Shown: piece by piece, positions 9,117 through 18,590 of the stretch
How the letters are laid out: every line of letters begins with the position of its first letter
Numbering within the stretch: the stretch's first letter is position 1
NCBI GenBank assembly: GCA_937895345.1
Contig: CALAWP010000011.1
Location: 24,982-88,981 of the forward strand
Direction of reading: 5' to 3'
DNA from: an uncultured Paenibacillus sp.
GTDB taxonomy: Bacteria > Bacillota > Bacilli > Paenibacillales > Paenibacillaceae
DNA length: 64,000 nt
The notes under the pieces: generated by a model
Told to the model about the DNA's origin: nothing
Database searches by the model: none
What the model saw: the letters and a program-made list of their open reading frames with translations, nothing else
Made by a program: the position numbers and the translations under genes

Positions 9117-9151
9117 GCGGCTGTTGCTAATGACAGAATACCACGAACGAA

Positions 9152-9178
9152 CTTAGTTTGTCTATTAAACAAACTAAG
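9152..9178. promoter_or_regulatory. XylR operator palindrome
   Basis: CTTAGTTTGT-N7-ACAAACTAAG between divergent xylA and xylR; matches the Bacillus TTAGTTTGT..ACAAACTAA operator. Confidence 0.9.
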
Positions 9179-9231
9179 ATTGTGTTATACTATTTTCAAC
9201 TCATTTGAACGCAGACGGAGGCCATCCGAAT

Positions 9232-10404
9232 TTGAAAACAAAAACGACGGGCGACTTGGCTCTCATCAAAAAAATCAACACCTCTATTGTCCTCGAATGC
9301 GTCATCAAACATGCGCCGCTGTCGCGGGCGGGCATTTCCGAAAAGACGGGCCTGAACAAAGCTACCGTGTCCAGTCTCGTGCAGGACTTGATCGACAGCC
9401 ATCTCGTGCTGGAGATCGGGCCGGGCGAATCGAGCGGCGGCCGCAAGCCGCTAATGCTCCTGTTCAACGAGCAGGCGGGTTATGCGATCGGGATCGACCT
9501 TGGCGTCAACTATTTGAAAGGCGTATTGACAGACTTGGGCGGCAACGTGGTGAAGGACGTCCATCAAGCGATTAAGCGAGGCGCCGCCAGCAGCGACATT
9601 CATCTGGATGCGCTGACGGCATGCATCGAGGAGCTTGCAGCGGGAGCGCCCGACAGCCCGTACGGCGTCGTCGGCATCGGCGTGGGCGTGCCGGGCATCG
9701 TCGACGACGAGGGCACGATTCTGTTTGCGCCCAATATGAAGTGGCGTCAGGTGGAACTGAAAAAGGCGCTGGAGCAGCGCTTCGAGCTGCCGGTTACGAT
9801 CGACAACGAAGCCAATGCGGGCGCGCAGGGCGAGCAAAAATTCGGCGCCGGGCGAGGCATCCGCAACCAGATTTACGTCAGCGCCGGCATCGGGATCGGA
9901 ACGGGCATTATTTTGAACAAGGAGCTGTTCAAAGGAACTTCGGGATTTTCCGGCGAGCTGGGGCACTTGTCCATTCAATTCGACGGCAAGCCGTGCAGCT
10001 GCGGCAACCGGGGCTGCTGGGAGCTGTACGCTTCGGAAAACGCCCTGCTGGAGCAAGCCGCGGAGCTTGGCTACGACAGTTTGGAAGATTTGCTGGAGGC
10101 GGCGGCGAACGGAGAGGAAGCGGTGCGGGAGCTGTTTCGCGGCATCGGCGACTATCTGGGAGTCGGCATCGCCAACATCGTCAACGTATTCAACCCCGAC
10201 GTCGTCATTATCGGCAACCGGATGAGCAAAGCGGCGGAATGGCTGCTCCCCTCCATTCAGGAAACGGTCGACCGGCGGACGCTTTCCTATCATCGCGAAC
10301 GAATGCGAATTCTGTTTGCGGAGCTGCAGGAGCAATCCGCCGTACGCGGAGCTTCCTATTATGCCATCCGGGAATTTTTGGACAAAATCAAAAGCGGACA
10401 CTGA
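9232..10404 (+). CDS. xylR: ROK-family xylose repressor
   Basis: GGAGG then TTG at 9232. N-terminal HTH (SRAGISEKTGLNKATVS), GGRKP, IDNEANAGA, ROK signature GELGHLSI, CSCGNRGCWE. Confidence 0.93.
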   Translation: MKTKTTGDLALIKKINTSIVLECVIKHAPLSRAGISEKTGLNKATVSSLVQDLIDSHLVLEIGPGESSGGRKPLMLLFNEQAGYAIGIDLGVNYLKGVLTDLGGNVVKDVHQAIKRGAASSDIHLDALTACIEELAAGAPDSPYGVVGIGVGVPGIVDDEGTILFAPNMKWRQVELKKALEQRFELPVTIDNEANAGAQGEQKFGAGRGIRNQIYVSAGIGIGTGIILNKELFKGTSGFSGELGHLSIQFDGKPCSCGNRGCWELYASENALLEQAAELGYDSLEDLLEAAANGEEAVRELFRGIGDYLGVGIANIVNVFNPDVVIIGNRMSKAAEWLLPSIQETVDRRTLSYHRERMRILFAELQEQSAVRGASYYAIREFLDKIKSGH

Positions 10405-10420
10405 ACAGGTGTCCGCTTTT
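10390..10420. terminator. Bidirectional terminator between xylR and the giant gene
   Basis: AAAAGCGGACAC-TGAACAG-GTGTCCGCTTTT, overlapping the xylR stop codon. Confidence 0.85.
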
Positions 10421-10425
10421 TTGCT

Positions 10426-13400
10426 TTATTTCACGCGATGAACGCCCGCGATTTGCGATACGGTTCCTTTAATTTCAATCGCAACCTCCGTCGTTTTGAC
10501 CGTCCCGTTATTGTAGTATGCCGTGAAAACAAAGCGGTACGGGCCGTCCTTCAGCTCCTGCTCGAAGCCTTCCTCCCACAGTTCTCCCGTCCACGCCGTG
10601 CCCGCTCCGTCCGCCTTCTTCAACTCCAGCCTCCTCGACCCGAATACCGCCTCCACCCGTTCCGCCTTCGTCGCCGTTTCGGTTGCGGTCGTATTGGAGA
10701 CAAGCATAAACTTCTCCCCCGCCCAGAAGACGTTGTAGCCGCGAGGAGCTTCCGCGTCGCCGCTTTGCTTCAAGTTGTAGTCCATCCGGCGCCGATTCCA
10801 TTGGTCGGTATGATTCACTTCGCCCGACACGGTCAACGGATATACCCGTATCGTCTTCTCCGCCATGACGGGAGCCGCTCGGCCGTCGCTGACGGTCAGC
10901 TTCATCCGCCAGTCGCCCGTCTCCGTCATCCGATGGACGGGAGCCGTCGCCGGATACGGGCGGTTAAAGACGTAGTCGAATACGTGCCGGCTGCCCGAAG
11001 GGGCGGTTAATTCGTACTGGACCGTCAGCGTATCGCCGTCCTGGTCGTCGATCTTGGAGGAAAACGCCACCGTATCTCCCTCATACACCGGCTGCGGCGA
11101 CCAGTCGAAGTCCGCCGTCGGCGGGCGGTTATTGACGATTTCTACCGTTTGGGCGACCGTTTCCGTATTCCCGTTGGGCGTTCTCGCCCTCCATTCGAAC
11201 GTATAGCGGCCGTCCGGCATTGGACCGACCGTAAACGCGGCGGACCAATCCTTCAGACCGTAACCCGTTGTCCGGACCGTTGCGGAAGTCAAATTGACCG
11301 TTCGTTGATATGCCGTTCCCTTGAACATCGTCACCGATACCGCATTGCCGTTTACGGCGGCGTCCGGATATTTGGTCGTGTCCGCCTTCAGCTTATAGCT
11401 GTCCCCGACGACCAGCGAAGTGAGATGCTGAGCCGGCGAATCGACGGCATCGATTCTTCCGCTCAGCCGAATCGGCGTTGCGACTCGAACCGTATACGTA
11501 TGGGCGGCGGTCGATCCCGCGACCGAGCCGTTGCCTCTCACGGTAAACGTATACGTGCCGTCCGGCGTCGTATTCGGAATAACAAACCTTTCATCGGCCC
11601 AGCTGATGTCGTTGCCCGTCTTCACGCCCGTATAATAGGGAACCGTGCGCGAAATGTAGCTGCCCATCGCAAACTGCAATTGGATGGCGTACGGATAACG
11701 CGTCCACAATTCGTAAGCGATCAGACTTTCGCTGGCCGGAACGCCGTTTAGCGAAAAGCCATCGTAAGCCGTCTTCAGGTTCGATTTCATTTGCACCGGC
11801 ACGGCGGATGGAAGCACGTACGTCCTTTGCAGCGGATCGGACCAGACACCTTCGATATCTTGAACGATATATTCCAGCAGGTAGGTGCCCGGCGGGACCG
11901 ATTCCGGAATGCGGGTATACACCTCCCCCGTTCCCCGGTTCGTCAGCTTGATCGACCGGGCCTGAATGCCGCGGTCCGTAGCCGCCCGCGTCACATTATG
12001 GTCCAGGTCGTAGCTCATATCTACCCAAGTGGTCCGATACCGGTTCGAATCCGTCATATAGTCGAAGTCGAGCCATACGTCCGGAATCGGTTTGCGGTGT
12101 ACTAGCACTTCGACTGCCGATTCGTTCGAATAATAGGCATAATGTTCAAAGTTAGGATCTTCGGACGGCCGATCCTTCGTTTTGCGAAACAGCATATATT
12201 TGCCCGGCTTCTGAAACGTGACCGCCGATTGATAAGGCTGCCAGTTGGCGTTCAACTTCTCGGATGCGAGCGTTTGGCCGTTGAATTGGCCGAAACCTTC
12301 CGAATTGTCGTAATAATAAGGGTCGTGAACGATTTGGAGCAGGTCTTCCTGCACCGGATCGTCCTCCCAGTCGAAATAAGCCGTCCTCGTAATCGTCTCT
12401 TCCCCGACCAGAATGAGTCTTCTGGGCGTCTCGGGATTGCTTTCGGAGATATAGGCGATCACCTCGCCTACGATATCTTCAATCGGCTTGTCGTTGGCGA
12501 TAAACTTCTCGTGACCGATTTGCGATTGGAACTCGGAATGGCCGACCAGGATCAGCTTGGCGTCATGTTTGCTCATCACATTTTGCAAATCGGCCAGCTG
12601 CGACGCTTTATTATCGGATACATAAATGACGTATTTGTTCGGGACGGGCCGCATAAACGAAGCGTCGTACGGCTGGCGAACGCTCTTGGAAATCGTGCCG
12701 CTGTAGAAGCCCGTCCAGCTGTCGTATTCGACCATCCGCGGAACCCACTCGTCGCGCGTCCAATATACGGTGCCGGAATACGTCGCTCGATAAGTCCGGG
12801 TGCAGCTCGACCCCGGCCTGCCGAAATCCGGCGGACAGCTGTCGTTGGTGCTTTCTCCTTTGCGGTCCAATGTTCCTCTATATTTACCGTCGTTATACGA
12901 TTTCGAAGATGGACAGACCGTCGTCGAAGTGCTTTTATATTCTCCGTCATCGGTATAATGGGCTTTGACCGTATTGGTGCAGCTGTCGCTGGCCGTCTTT
13001 GAATCGGTTACGGTCACAAATCTGCCCTCGTCCACGGAAAACGGCGCGTTGGAGGCGCTGCTTAACGATAACGTCCCGCTGTAACCGTTGGAGCTGTAAT
13101 AGATGCTCGACGATGGATAGGATGTGCCCGTATGGTTGCTCGTGCTGGCCGATTGCGTGTACGTATACGTCCGCATATCCCATATATCGAGGTTGGCCAG
13201 CATATTCGCCCGGGTAAAAGCGTTCGTGATCGAAACTCGGTTGTTTCGGATGTAATCCGTCGACGCCTGCTTCAAATTCGAATCCAGCATCCAGTAGACG
13301 TCCATATCCGGCATTTCGATCGGGATATCCATATACATCGTGCTGGCCGGAGCAAAATTATCGATAAAAAAGTACGTTTCAATCGTCTTTTCCTTATCGT

Positions 13401-16110
13401 CCTCCGGGACGATAAATTCCATCAGCCGTTCCTCGTCCGTCCCTTCCTTCGCATAGGCTTCGATTTTGTATTGCCCCAGCTTGTCCATCTTCGGGATGGC
13501 CGTGACGTCCCCGTCCGTTTCGTAAACGAGCGTATCGAAGGTGCCGTCGTTGTCGCGGTCGTGATAGACGCGCAGCGACTTTTCCGCTATGTAGTCTCCG
13601 TCCGTGCTGACCACGTCGTAAAAGAGCTTCAGATCGTCCAAGCGGCTGATCTGATTGGCGTAAGCGTGGGCGATGATGGCCGGCGTATGATCGGGCATAA
13701 TTTCATATTCGACCACATAAGGGTCGGAATACCGAGTGATCGATTGGCCGTTGCCGTAAGGAATAACGCGTTTGGCGGCTATGCTGATCTTGTAGCGGCC
13801 GGTCTCTTTATACATAAACATTTTTTCGGACAAGTTCGACTCGCAATACCCTTCCCTGCATTTCAAGCCGGGGTCGGTCGGATCAACGTAGCTGAACGAA
13901 GTAATTTCCAGCGGGGCGTTCTGCTCCACCCACTGATCGTTGCTGGCCGCCGACTGGTCGTAGGCGCGCATCGTCCGGTTCTGCTTGTATAAGCCTTCCA
14001 GCCGGATCGATACTCTCGGCTTGGACTCGTGGATGACGACATGTTGAATTTTGAACGATTCCGTTCCATCCGGCGCGGTAAACGTCGTTTTCACTTGCCG
14101 GAGGCCGATTCGGTCCTCCCCAAAAATAAATTGCCCACTAAAAAAACGCTCCGCATCGATTTCAATCCCATCAATGTAGACACGCTTTGCAAAATCGTTA
14201 TATCGAGCCGGTTCTTCGCAGCTCTTGCTAGGGATATAGCCCGGCGGTGCATCCGTCACGGGGAATGGAACGACATCATACCAGTTCAGCGGCCAATCGG
14301 CTTCCGGCGAAATATATTGGGGAGGCGACGGCAGCATTTCGCACGTTAAAGCGGCGGCGTTCTGAACAACGACTATCGTTTTCGTTGCAGTAGACTTGTT
14401 ATTCGTCGTCACGTCCTTGTCCACGATCGTTTGTTTAATATGGAACGTCTTGACAACTCTTTGGTTCGACGTTTCGCTAAACTTTGATTTCATAAAGTCA
14501 TAGAGATACGCTTCCACGGCCGCTTGATCTAAATAGCCAGGCGTCGGCGCTTTGACTTCGGGAATGGCCGGATCGAACGTGCGCGTCGCCTTGGTGCCGT
14601 CGTCGGCATTCGTAATCTCGAACTCGTAATAATCGGCATCCTTCCCGTACGAGAAATCCTGGTAGCCCACTTGCTTGCTTGCGAACTCGCTTCTCTTCTG
14701 GAATTGGACGCTCGGCGCTACCGCAAAATCGCTTTTCATGCTGGCCTTGTCGCCGTCCAGGGGAATGACAAGATCGCAGTTGGCGGACGCTTGCGATGGT
14801 TTAGAATCTGTATGATTGCCATTATACAAATTGACGCGGGCGGTAGTCTTAAATTCTTTGGTTCCGTCTGAGGTTTCCGTAACTTTCTGCGTGTCGATCC
14901 GCAGTTTGAAAATGCCCGTCGCTTGATTGTCTTTCATGATCACGCCATCGCTTTTCACCTTCGAATCCAACGTAATGAGCTTGTTGGTTTCCTTATCGGT
15001 TACATGCAGCTTCCAAGAGGCGATATCTTTGCGGGTATAATAGCGATTCTCCATGACGATGTTGTCATGATATTTTTCGTCTTCAAGCGTGCCGACCAGC
15101 TTCACTTCTACATCGATATACCGTTCTTTCCCGAGCGGTATCCCGCCCTCTTTAACTGGAGTGACAACGCAGCTTGCGGGAGGCTGTCTTTTCTCCGGTC
15201 CTTCAAGCTTCAATAACGGAAAGGATTGATACCATAAAGAATGAGAAACCCAGCTGTAATGATACATCATGCCGATCCCCGGTTCCCACACCGTAGGGTT
15301 TTGGGGGATGTTCATGTAGTTGCGGAAATCGGTGTTTTCATCATTTCGGGGTAAAACTGAATAGCGATTACTATACTTAACGCCCTGTGATATATTAAAC
15401 TCCATAGATCGATCAATGTTGTCTAGTATATTATCAAAATCCGAAAGAGTAACTACAACATTTTCAGCTTGTCCATAGGCTGGTCCCGGCCCACCCGGTT
15501 TATAAATATAACTGTCCGGCAAGTCTTTCCACGGCTGAAAAACCCAGTGTTTCTTTTCAAGCGGCGTACTGGTGCTGTCGTCTCGAATGAAATGGTCGTT
15601 TGGATACAGCGATCCTGTTTCATCATAACCTAAGAAACGATACTCCCCGCGTGTATTACCGCCTGTTCTAAAGTCATAAGCAGAAAAATGTCCTTCGTTT
15701 GGATACACCTTGGCATTTTCATCTTGCCAGCCGGACTTGAAATCTTGAATATGACCTGGAATGTCGTCCGGTGTACCGTATACGATCAAGTACCTTTGCC
15801 CTCTTGTTTTGACGGCAGCGTTTGTATTGGGATCGCGGCTAATGACCCACGTTTGGCGATAATAAATATCCGAATTAAACTTATATCCCGAACTTTTTCC
15901 GTCCTTTGGCTCGGAACACGGCGGTATATGCGAAGGAATTGGACCGTCTGCTACAGGGTTATACCCGCATTTATTCGCAAAACCGTTAATGGTAGAAGGT
16001 GGTTTTTGACTAGCCGCTTCGACATTGGTTGTCGTAATCCAATCAAATGGAGACAGCAAAAAAATAGCTGTCAGCAGCACGGCTATTCTTTTTTTCCAAA
16101 CTCGCTTCAT
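10426..16110 (-). CDS. Giant secreted multidomain protein (1894 aa; Athe_2463-like N-terminus, Ig/PKD-like repeats, possible interrupted vWA-like region)
   Basis: Signal peptide MKRVWKKRIAVLLTAIFLL..VEA. RGEYRFLGYDETG..PNDHF motif. PKD-like NRPPTADFDWSP..YEGDTV..DDQDGD. No LPxTG, SLH or C-terminal TM seen. GGAG RBS. Confidence 0.8.
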   Translation of the reverse strand: MKRVWKKRIAVLLTAIFLLSPFDWITTTNVEAASQKPPSTINGFANKCGYNPVADGPIPSHIPPCSEPKDGKSSGYKFNSDIYYRQTWVISRDPNTNAAVKTRGQRYLIVYGTPDDIPGHIQDFKSGWQDENAKVYPNEGHFSAYDFRTGGNTRGEYRFLGYDETGSLYPNDHFIRDDSTSTPLEKKHWVFQPWKDLPDSYIYKPGGPGPAYGQAENVVVTLSDFDNILDNIDRSMEFNISQGVKYSNRYSVLPRNDENTDFRNYMNIPQNPTVWEPGIGMMYHYSWVSHSLWYQSFPLLKLEGPEKRQPPASCVVTPVKEGGIPLGKERYIDVEVKLVGTLEDEKYHDNIVMENRYYTRKDIASWKLHVTDKETNKLITLDSKVKSDGVIMKDNQATGIFKLRIDTQKVTETSDGTKEFKTTARVNLYNGNHTDSKPSQASANCDLVIPLDGDKASMKSDFAVAPSVQFQKRSEFASKQVGYQDFSYGKDADYYEFEITNADDGTKATRTFDPAIPEVKAPTPGYLDQAAVEAYLYDFMKSKFSETSNQRVVKTFHIKQTIVDKDVTTNNKSTATKTIVVVQNAAALTCEMLPSPPQYISPEADWPLNWYDVVPFPVTDAPPGYIPSKSCEEPARYNDFAKRVYIDGIEIDAERFFSGQFIFGEDRIGLRQVKTTFTAPDGTESFKIQHVVIHESKPRVSIRLEGLYKQNRTMRAYDQSAASNDQWVEQNAPLEITSFSYVDPTDPGLKCREGYCESNLSEKMFMYKETGRYKISIAAKRVIPYGNGQSITRYSDPYVVEYEIMPDHTPAIIAHAYANQISRLDDLKLFYDVVSTDGDYIAEKSLRVYHDRDNDGTFDTLVYETDGDVTAIPKMDKLGQYKIEAYAKEGTDEERLMEFIVPEDDKEKTIETYFFIDNFAPASTMYMDIPIEMPDMDVYWMLDSNLKQASTDYIRNNRVSITNAFTRANMLANLDIWDMRTYTYTQSASTSNHTGTSYPSSSIYYSSNGYSGTLSLSSASNAPFSVDEGRFVTVTDSKTASDSCTNTVKAHYTDDGEYKSTSTTVCPSSKSYNDGKYRGTLDRKGESTNDSCPPDFGRPGSSCTRTYRATYSGTVYWTRDEWVPRMVEYDSWTGFYSGTISKSVRQPYDASFMRPVPNKYVIYVSDNKASQLADLQNVMSKHDAKLILVGHSEFQSQIGHEKFIANDKPIEDIVGEVIAYISESNPETPRRLILVGEETITRTAYFDWEDDPVQEDLLQIVHDPYYYDNSEGFGQFNGQTLASEKLNANWQPYQSAVTFQKPGKYMLFRKTKDRPSEDPNFEHYAYYSNESAVEVLVHRKPIPDVWLDFDYMTDSNRYRTTWVDMSYDLDHNVTRAATDRGIQARSIKLTNRGTGEVYTRIPESVPPGTYLLEYIVQDIEGVWSDPLQRTYVLPSAVPVQMKSNLKTAYDGFSLNGVPASESLIAYELWTRYPYAIQLQFAMGSYISRTVPYYTGVKTGNDISWADERFVIPNTTPDGTYTFTVRGNGSVAGSTAAHTYTVRVATPIRLSGRIDAVDSPAQHLTSLVVGDSYKLKADTTKYPDAAVNGNAVSVTMFKGTAYQRTVNLTSATVRTTGYGLKDWSAAFTVGPMPDGRYTFEWRARTPNGNTETVAQTVEIVNNRPPTADFDWSPQPVYEGDTVAFSSKIDDQDGDTLTVQYELTAPSGSRHVFDYVFNRPYPATAPVHRMTETGDWRMKLTVSDGRAAPVMAEKTIRVYPLTVSGEVNHTDQWNRRRMDYNLKQSGDAEAPRGYNVFWAGEKFMLVSNTTATETATKAERVEAVFGSRRLELKKADGAGTAWTGELWEEGFEQELKDGPYRFVFTAYYNNGTVKTTEVAIEIKGTVSQIAGVHRVK

Positions 16111-16125
16111 ACGGTTACTCCTCTC

Positions 16126-17400
16126 TTAGTATCTCATAACGAGAAAGTAGTATTGGCCGCTGGTATACATCCTGTAATCTTTCCCGTTGAATTTAAAGTA
16201 TTGGATGTCCTTTCCGGTCGATCCAGCCTTTTTCTCATAAGTTTCCATTAATTTTTTCAATTCAGAGCCTTTGCCGTTACCAGCATAAAGTTCTAAGATA
16301 GCGTCAAAAAATTTTGAGCTATGCTCTAGTTTTTTAGATTGTAAATAGCTTACAAATACTTCGCGAGTGGTTCCATTACTAACTCCTGCCCCAATTTCCG
16401 CCAAAGGTCGCTGGTCGAAGTAACCCATTCGCGTATAGAAAACAAACTTCTCATAATCATCATGAGAGTTAAACACACTTAATGCAGGAACATAAGAAGG
16501 ATCTAAATACCCCGTTGTCACATGTTTATCACCAAGTTCAATCAATTTGTGATAAGTATCGTATTTGAATTTATCGCTTATCAATGTTATGTTACCGTTC
16601 TTCTCAATGTAGTATTGTCCTGTTAAATCAGGCTTAAATGGTTTCCGAAGCGACTTATCGCGAAGCCTCAAAACCATTGTTAATGCTTCGGCTCTCGTAA
16701 CGTAACGCTGCGGATAAAAATATTTATTGGGATAACCATTCATTAATCCAGACATTAATACCATTGCCCTGTTTGTTCCTGCTACTTCTGAAAACGAATT
16801 GAAATCTTTAAGGCCGCTGTTTCTAATAATGAAATCCTCATAAAGCCCATCAATACTTCCCTCATACCGCTTATACCATGTACCTAGTAAATAGCTTGCT
16901 TCTTCCCTTTTAATTTGTTTCTTATAACGGTCATAATTATTTTGGGGAAATAATGAATCATTATCACTGAGAAAAGGAATCGCCTGCAAGAAATCAATGT
17001 AAGGCTTTGCCCAATATCCAGAACTTGCATTTATAAAATTGAATTTTAATTCCTTAACTTTGGACTCAATTCGCATCGTATAGAGTGGCTGGAACATATA
17101 CAGCTCGTCCAACCACTCAGGATCAAACTCCGTCTTCCCGTTTGTCGTCTTCGAGAATACCTTCAGCATCATGACAATAAACTCGTCGGCTTTGACGACT
17201 GCGTCCGGCTTGAATGTGCCGTCTGGGTATCCATCCACCAGACCGCGCTTGTAAGCCTCCAAAATCGTATCTTTGGCCCAGTGCTTTTCTATATCCGGAA
17301 AGGGCAACGGTTCGGCCGCAGCCGTTCGATCCGCCCCAATCGTTCCTGTCAGCCCGACTATGAGGGCCAGCACAACCATTCCGTTTATCCATCGTTTCAT
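16126..17400 (-). CDS. S-layer homology (SLH) domain protein, 424 aa
   Basis: Signal peptide; FPDIEKHWA..GLVDGYPDGTFKPD; LMNGYPNKYFYPQRYVTRAEA; GAGGAG RBS. Confidence 0.88.
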   Translation of the reverse strand: MKRWINGMVVLALIVGLTGTIGADRTAAAEPLPFPDIEKHWAKDTILEAYKRGLVDGYPDGTFKPDAVVKADEFIVMMLKVFSKTTNGKTEFDPEWLDELYMFQPLYTMRIESKVKELKFNFINASSGYWAKPYIDFLQAIPFLSDNDSLFPQNNYDRYKKQIKREEASYLLGTWYKRYEGSIDGLYEDFIIRNSGLKDFNSFSEVAGTNRAMVLMSGLMNGYPNKYFYPQRYVTRAEALTMVLRLRDKSLRKPFKPDLTGQYYIEKNGNITLISDKFKYDTYHKLIELGDKHVTTGYLDPSYVPALSVFNSHDDYEKFVFYTRMGYFDQRPLAEIGAGVSNGTTREVFVSYLQSKKLEHSSKFFDAILELYAGNGKGSELKKLMETYEKKAGSTGKDIQYFKFNGKDYRMYTSGQYYFLVMRY

Positions 17401-17419
17401 ATCCGTATTCCTCCTCGGA

Positions 17420-18391
17420 TCAGTTTTTTATCATCGCCGTAAGCCGGGACAAAACCTTCACCGCTTCGGCTCTCGTAACGGCTGTTTCGGGTTTGAAGGT
17501 GCCGTCCGGATAACCTCCGAATATCGAATTGTCGCTGACCAAATTGATCGCCGCCCGATATTTTCCTTCCAGCCCGGCCGTGTCTGCATAATTGCTTTCC
17601 TTAGGCTGATCATCCGACACCAGCCGCAGCAGTTCAGCCGCTAACAAAGCGACATCCTTGCGCTTGAAAGATTTACCCCAATCCGCTTGATTCCAATGCG
17701 AAGCAATCCCCAAATCGTTGGCAGCCGCTAAATAAGGAGCCGACCAGCTCTGCCCGGCGGGCGAAGCAAAGTCATATTCCTTCCAGCTCAACTCGCGCCC
17801 AAGGTTGTCGTCGAGCATTTTCCAACGGAAGGCGTTCGTCCATTGGCGCTTCCCGTTCGGCAGTTCTTCCGTAAGCGCCATGGCAAGCATCTTTATAAGC
17901 GCTTCGCCGGTAACGGGATCGCCGGGGCCGAACTTGCCGTTGCCGTATCCGCTTACGATTCCTTGTTTCGCCATATCCGTAATGGCGTCCTTCGCCCAAT
18001 GATTCGCTATATCGGCGAATGGCGGAATATCGACGAGCAAATTGAAGTAGGCGGGCTTCGAAGCTTTGATCTCGAAGGCATAGACGCCCTTCGGCGCCGG
18101 CTTCACGACAAAATATTGCCGAAAGCACGTGCCGCTCGGACAAGCCTGCTTCTGGCTTCGCCCGGCTTTCGCCTGGCTGCCGCCGGGAAGCGTCATGACG
18201 GTTTGAAATGGCTCGCCGTACCCTTCGATCGCAAATTCGACATAATCCGCGTTTTCCTTCAGCTCGTAACTCTTCAGAACGACCGCTTGATCCCCGGCCT
18301 CCTTCGCTTCTCCGGCCGCAGCCAACGCCATATGGGCCAGCAATAAAAGTGAAACAATTCCAATTATGCCATTACGTTTATGTTGTATCAT
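17420..18391 (-). CDS. SLH domain protein, 323 aa, with a small N-terminal beta domain
   Basis: Signal peptide; FADIANHWAK..GIVSGYGNGKFGPGD; GGYPDGTFKPETAVTRAEA; AAGGAG RBS. Confidence 0.88.
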   Translation of the reverse strand: MIQHKRNGIIGIVSLLLLAHMALAAAGEAKEAGDQAVVLKSYELKENADYVEFAIEGYGEPFQTVMTLPGGSQAKAGRSQKQACPSGTCFRQYFVVKPAPKGVYAFEIKASKPAYFNLLVDIPPFADIANHWAKDAITDMAKQGIVSGYGNGKFGPGDPVTGEALIKMLAMALTEELPNGKRQWTNAFRWKMLDDNLGRELSWKEYDFASPAGQSWSAPYLAAANDLGIASHWNQADWGKSFKRKDVALLAAELLRLVSDDQPKESNYADTAGLEGKYRAAINLVSDNSIFGGYPDGTFKPETAVTRAEAVKVLSRLTAMIKN

Positions 18392-18453
18392 GATTTACAC
18401 TCCTTGCCAATCATTTTTCTGATCAACGATAACCCGCAAAACAAACGAAAAAA

Positions 18454-18494
18454 AGCACGCTTCTCCCTGTCTGTACAGAGAGCAAGCGTGCTTC
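18454..18494 (-). terminator. Terminator downstream of the MFS gene
   Basis: AAGCACGCTT..AAGCGTGCTT stem with an A-tract on the left (U-tract on the minus strand). Confidence 0.75.
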
Positions 18495-18590
18495 GCTTTG
18501 CCTGATAACGTTATTCCATTTTTACATACATCGTTGGTTTAAATGATACCTTGGAGCGCGTAAATTGTCAACATTTGTAACCCGACATTT

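Noticed and set aside
7672-9156. 494-aa plus-strand ORF antisense to xylA; likewise 12142-13002, 28381-29742, 31094-32263, 35390-36658 and 39963-41495
   Set aside because: These are shadow ORFs opposite well-supported genes in high-GC DNA, with no motifs.
10426-16110. Giant protein as an RHS/contact-dependent toxin or phage tail protein
   Set aside because: No YD/RHS repeats, WXG/LXG domain, PAAR, C-terminal toxin-immunity pair or phage genes were seen. It has a Sec-type signal peptide.
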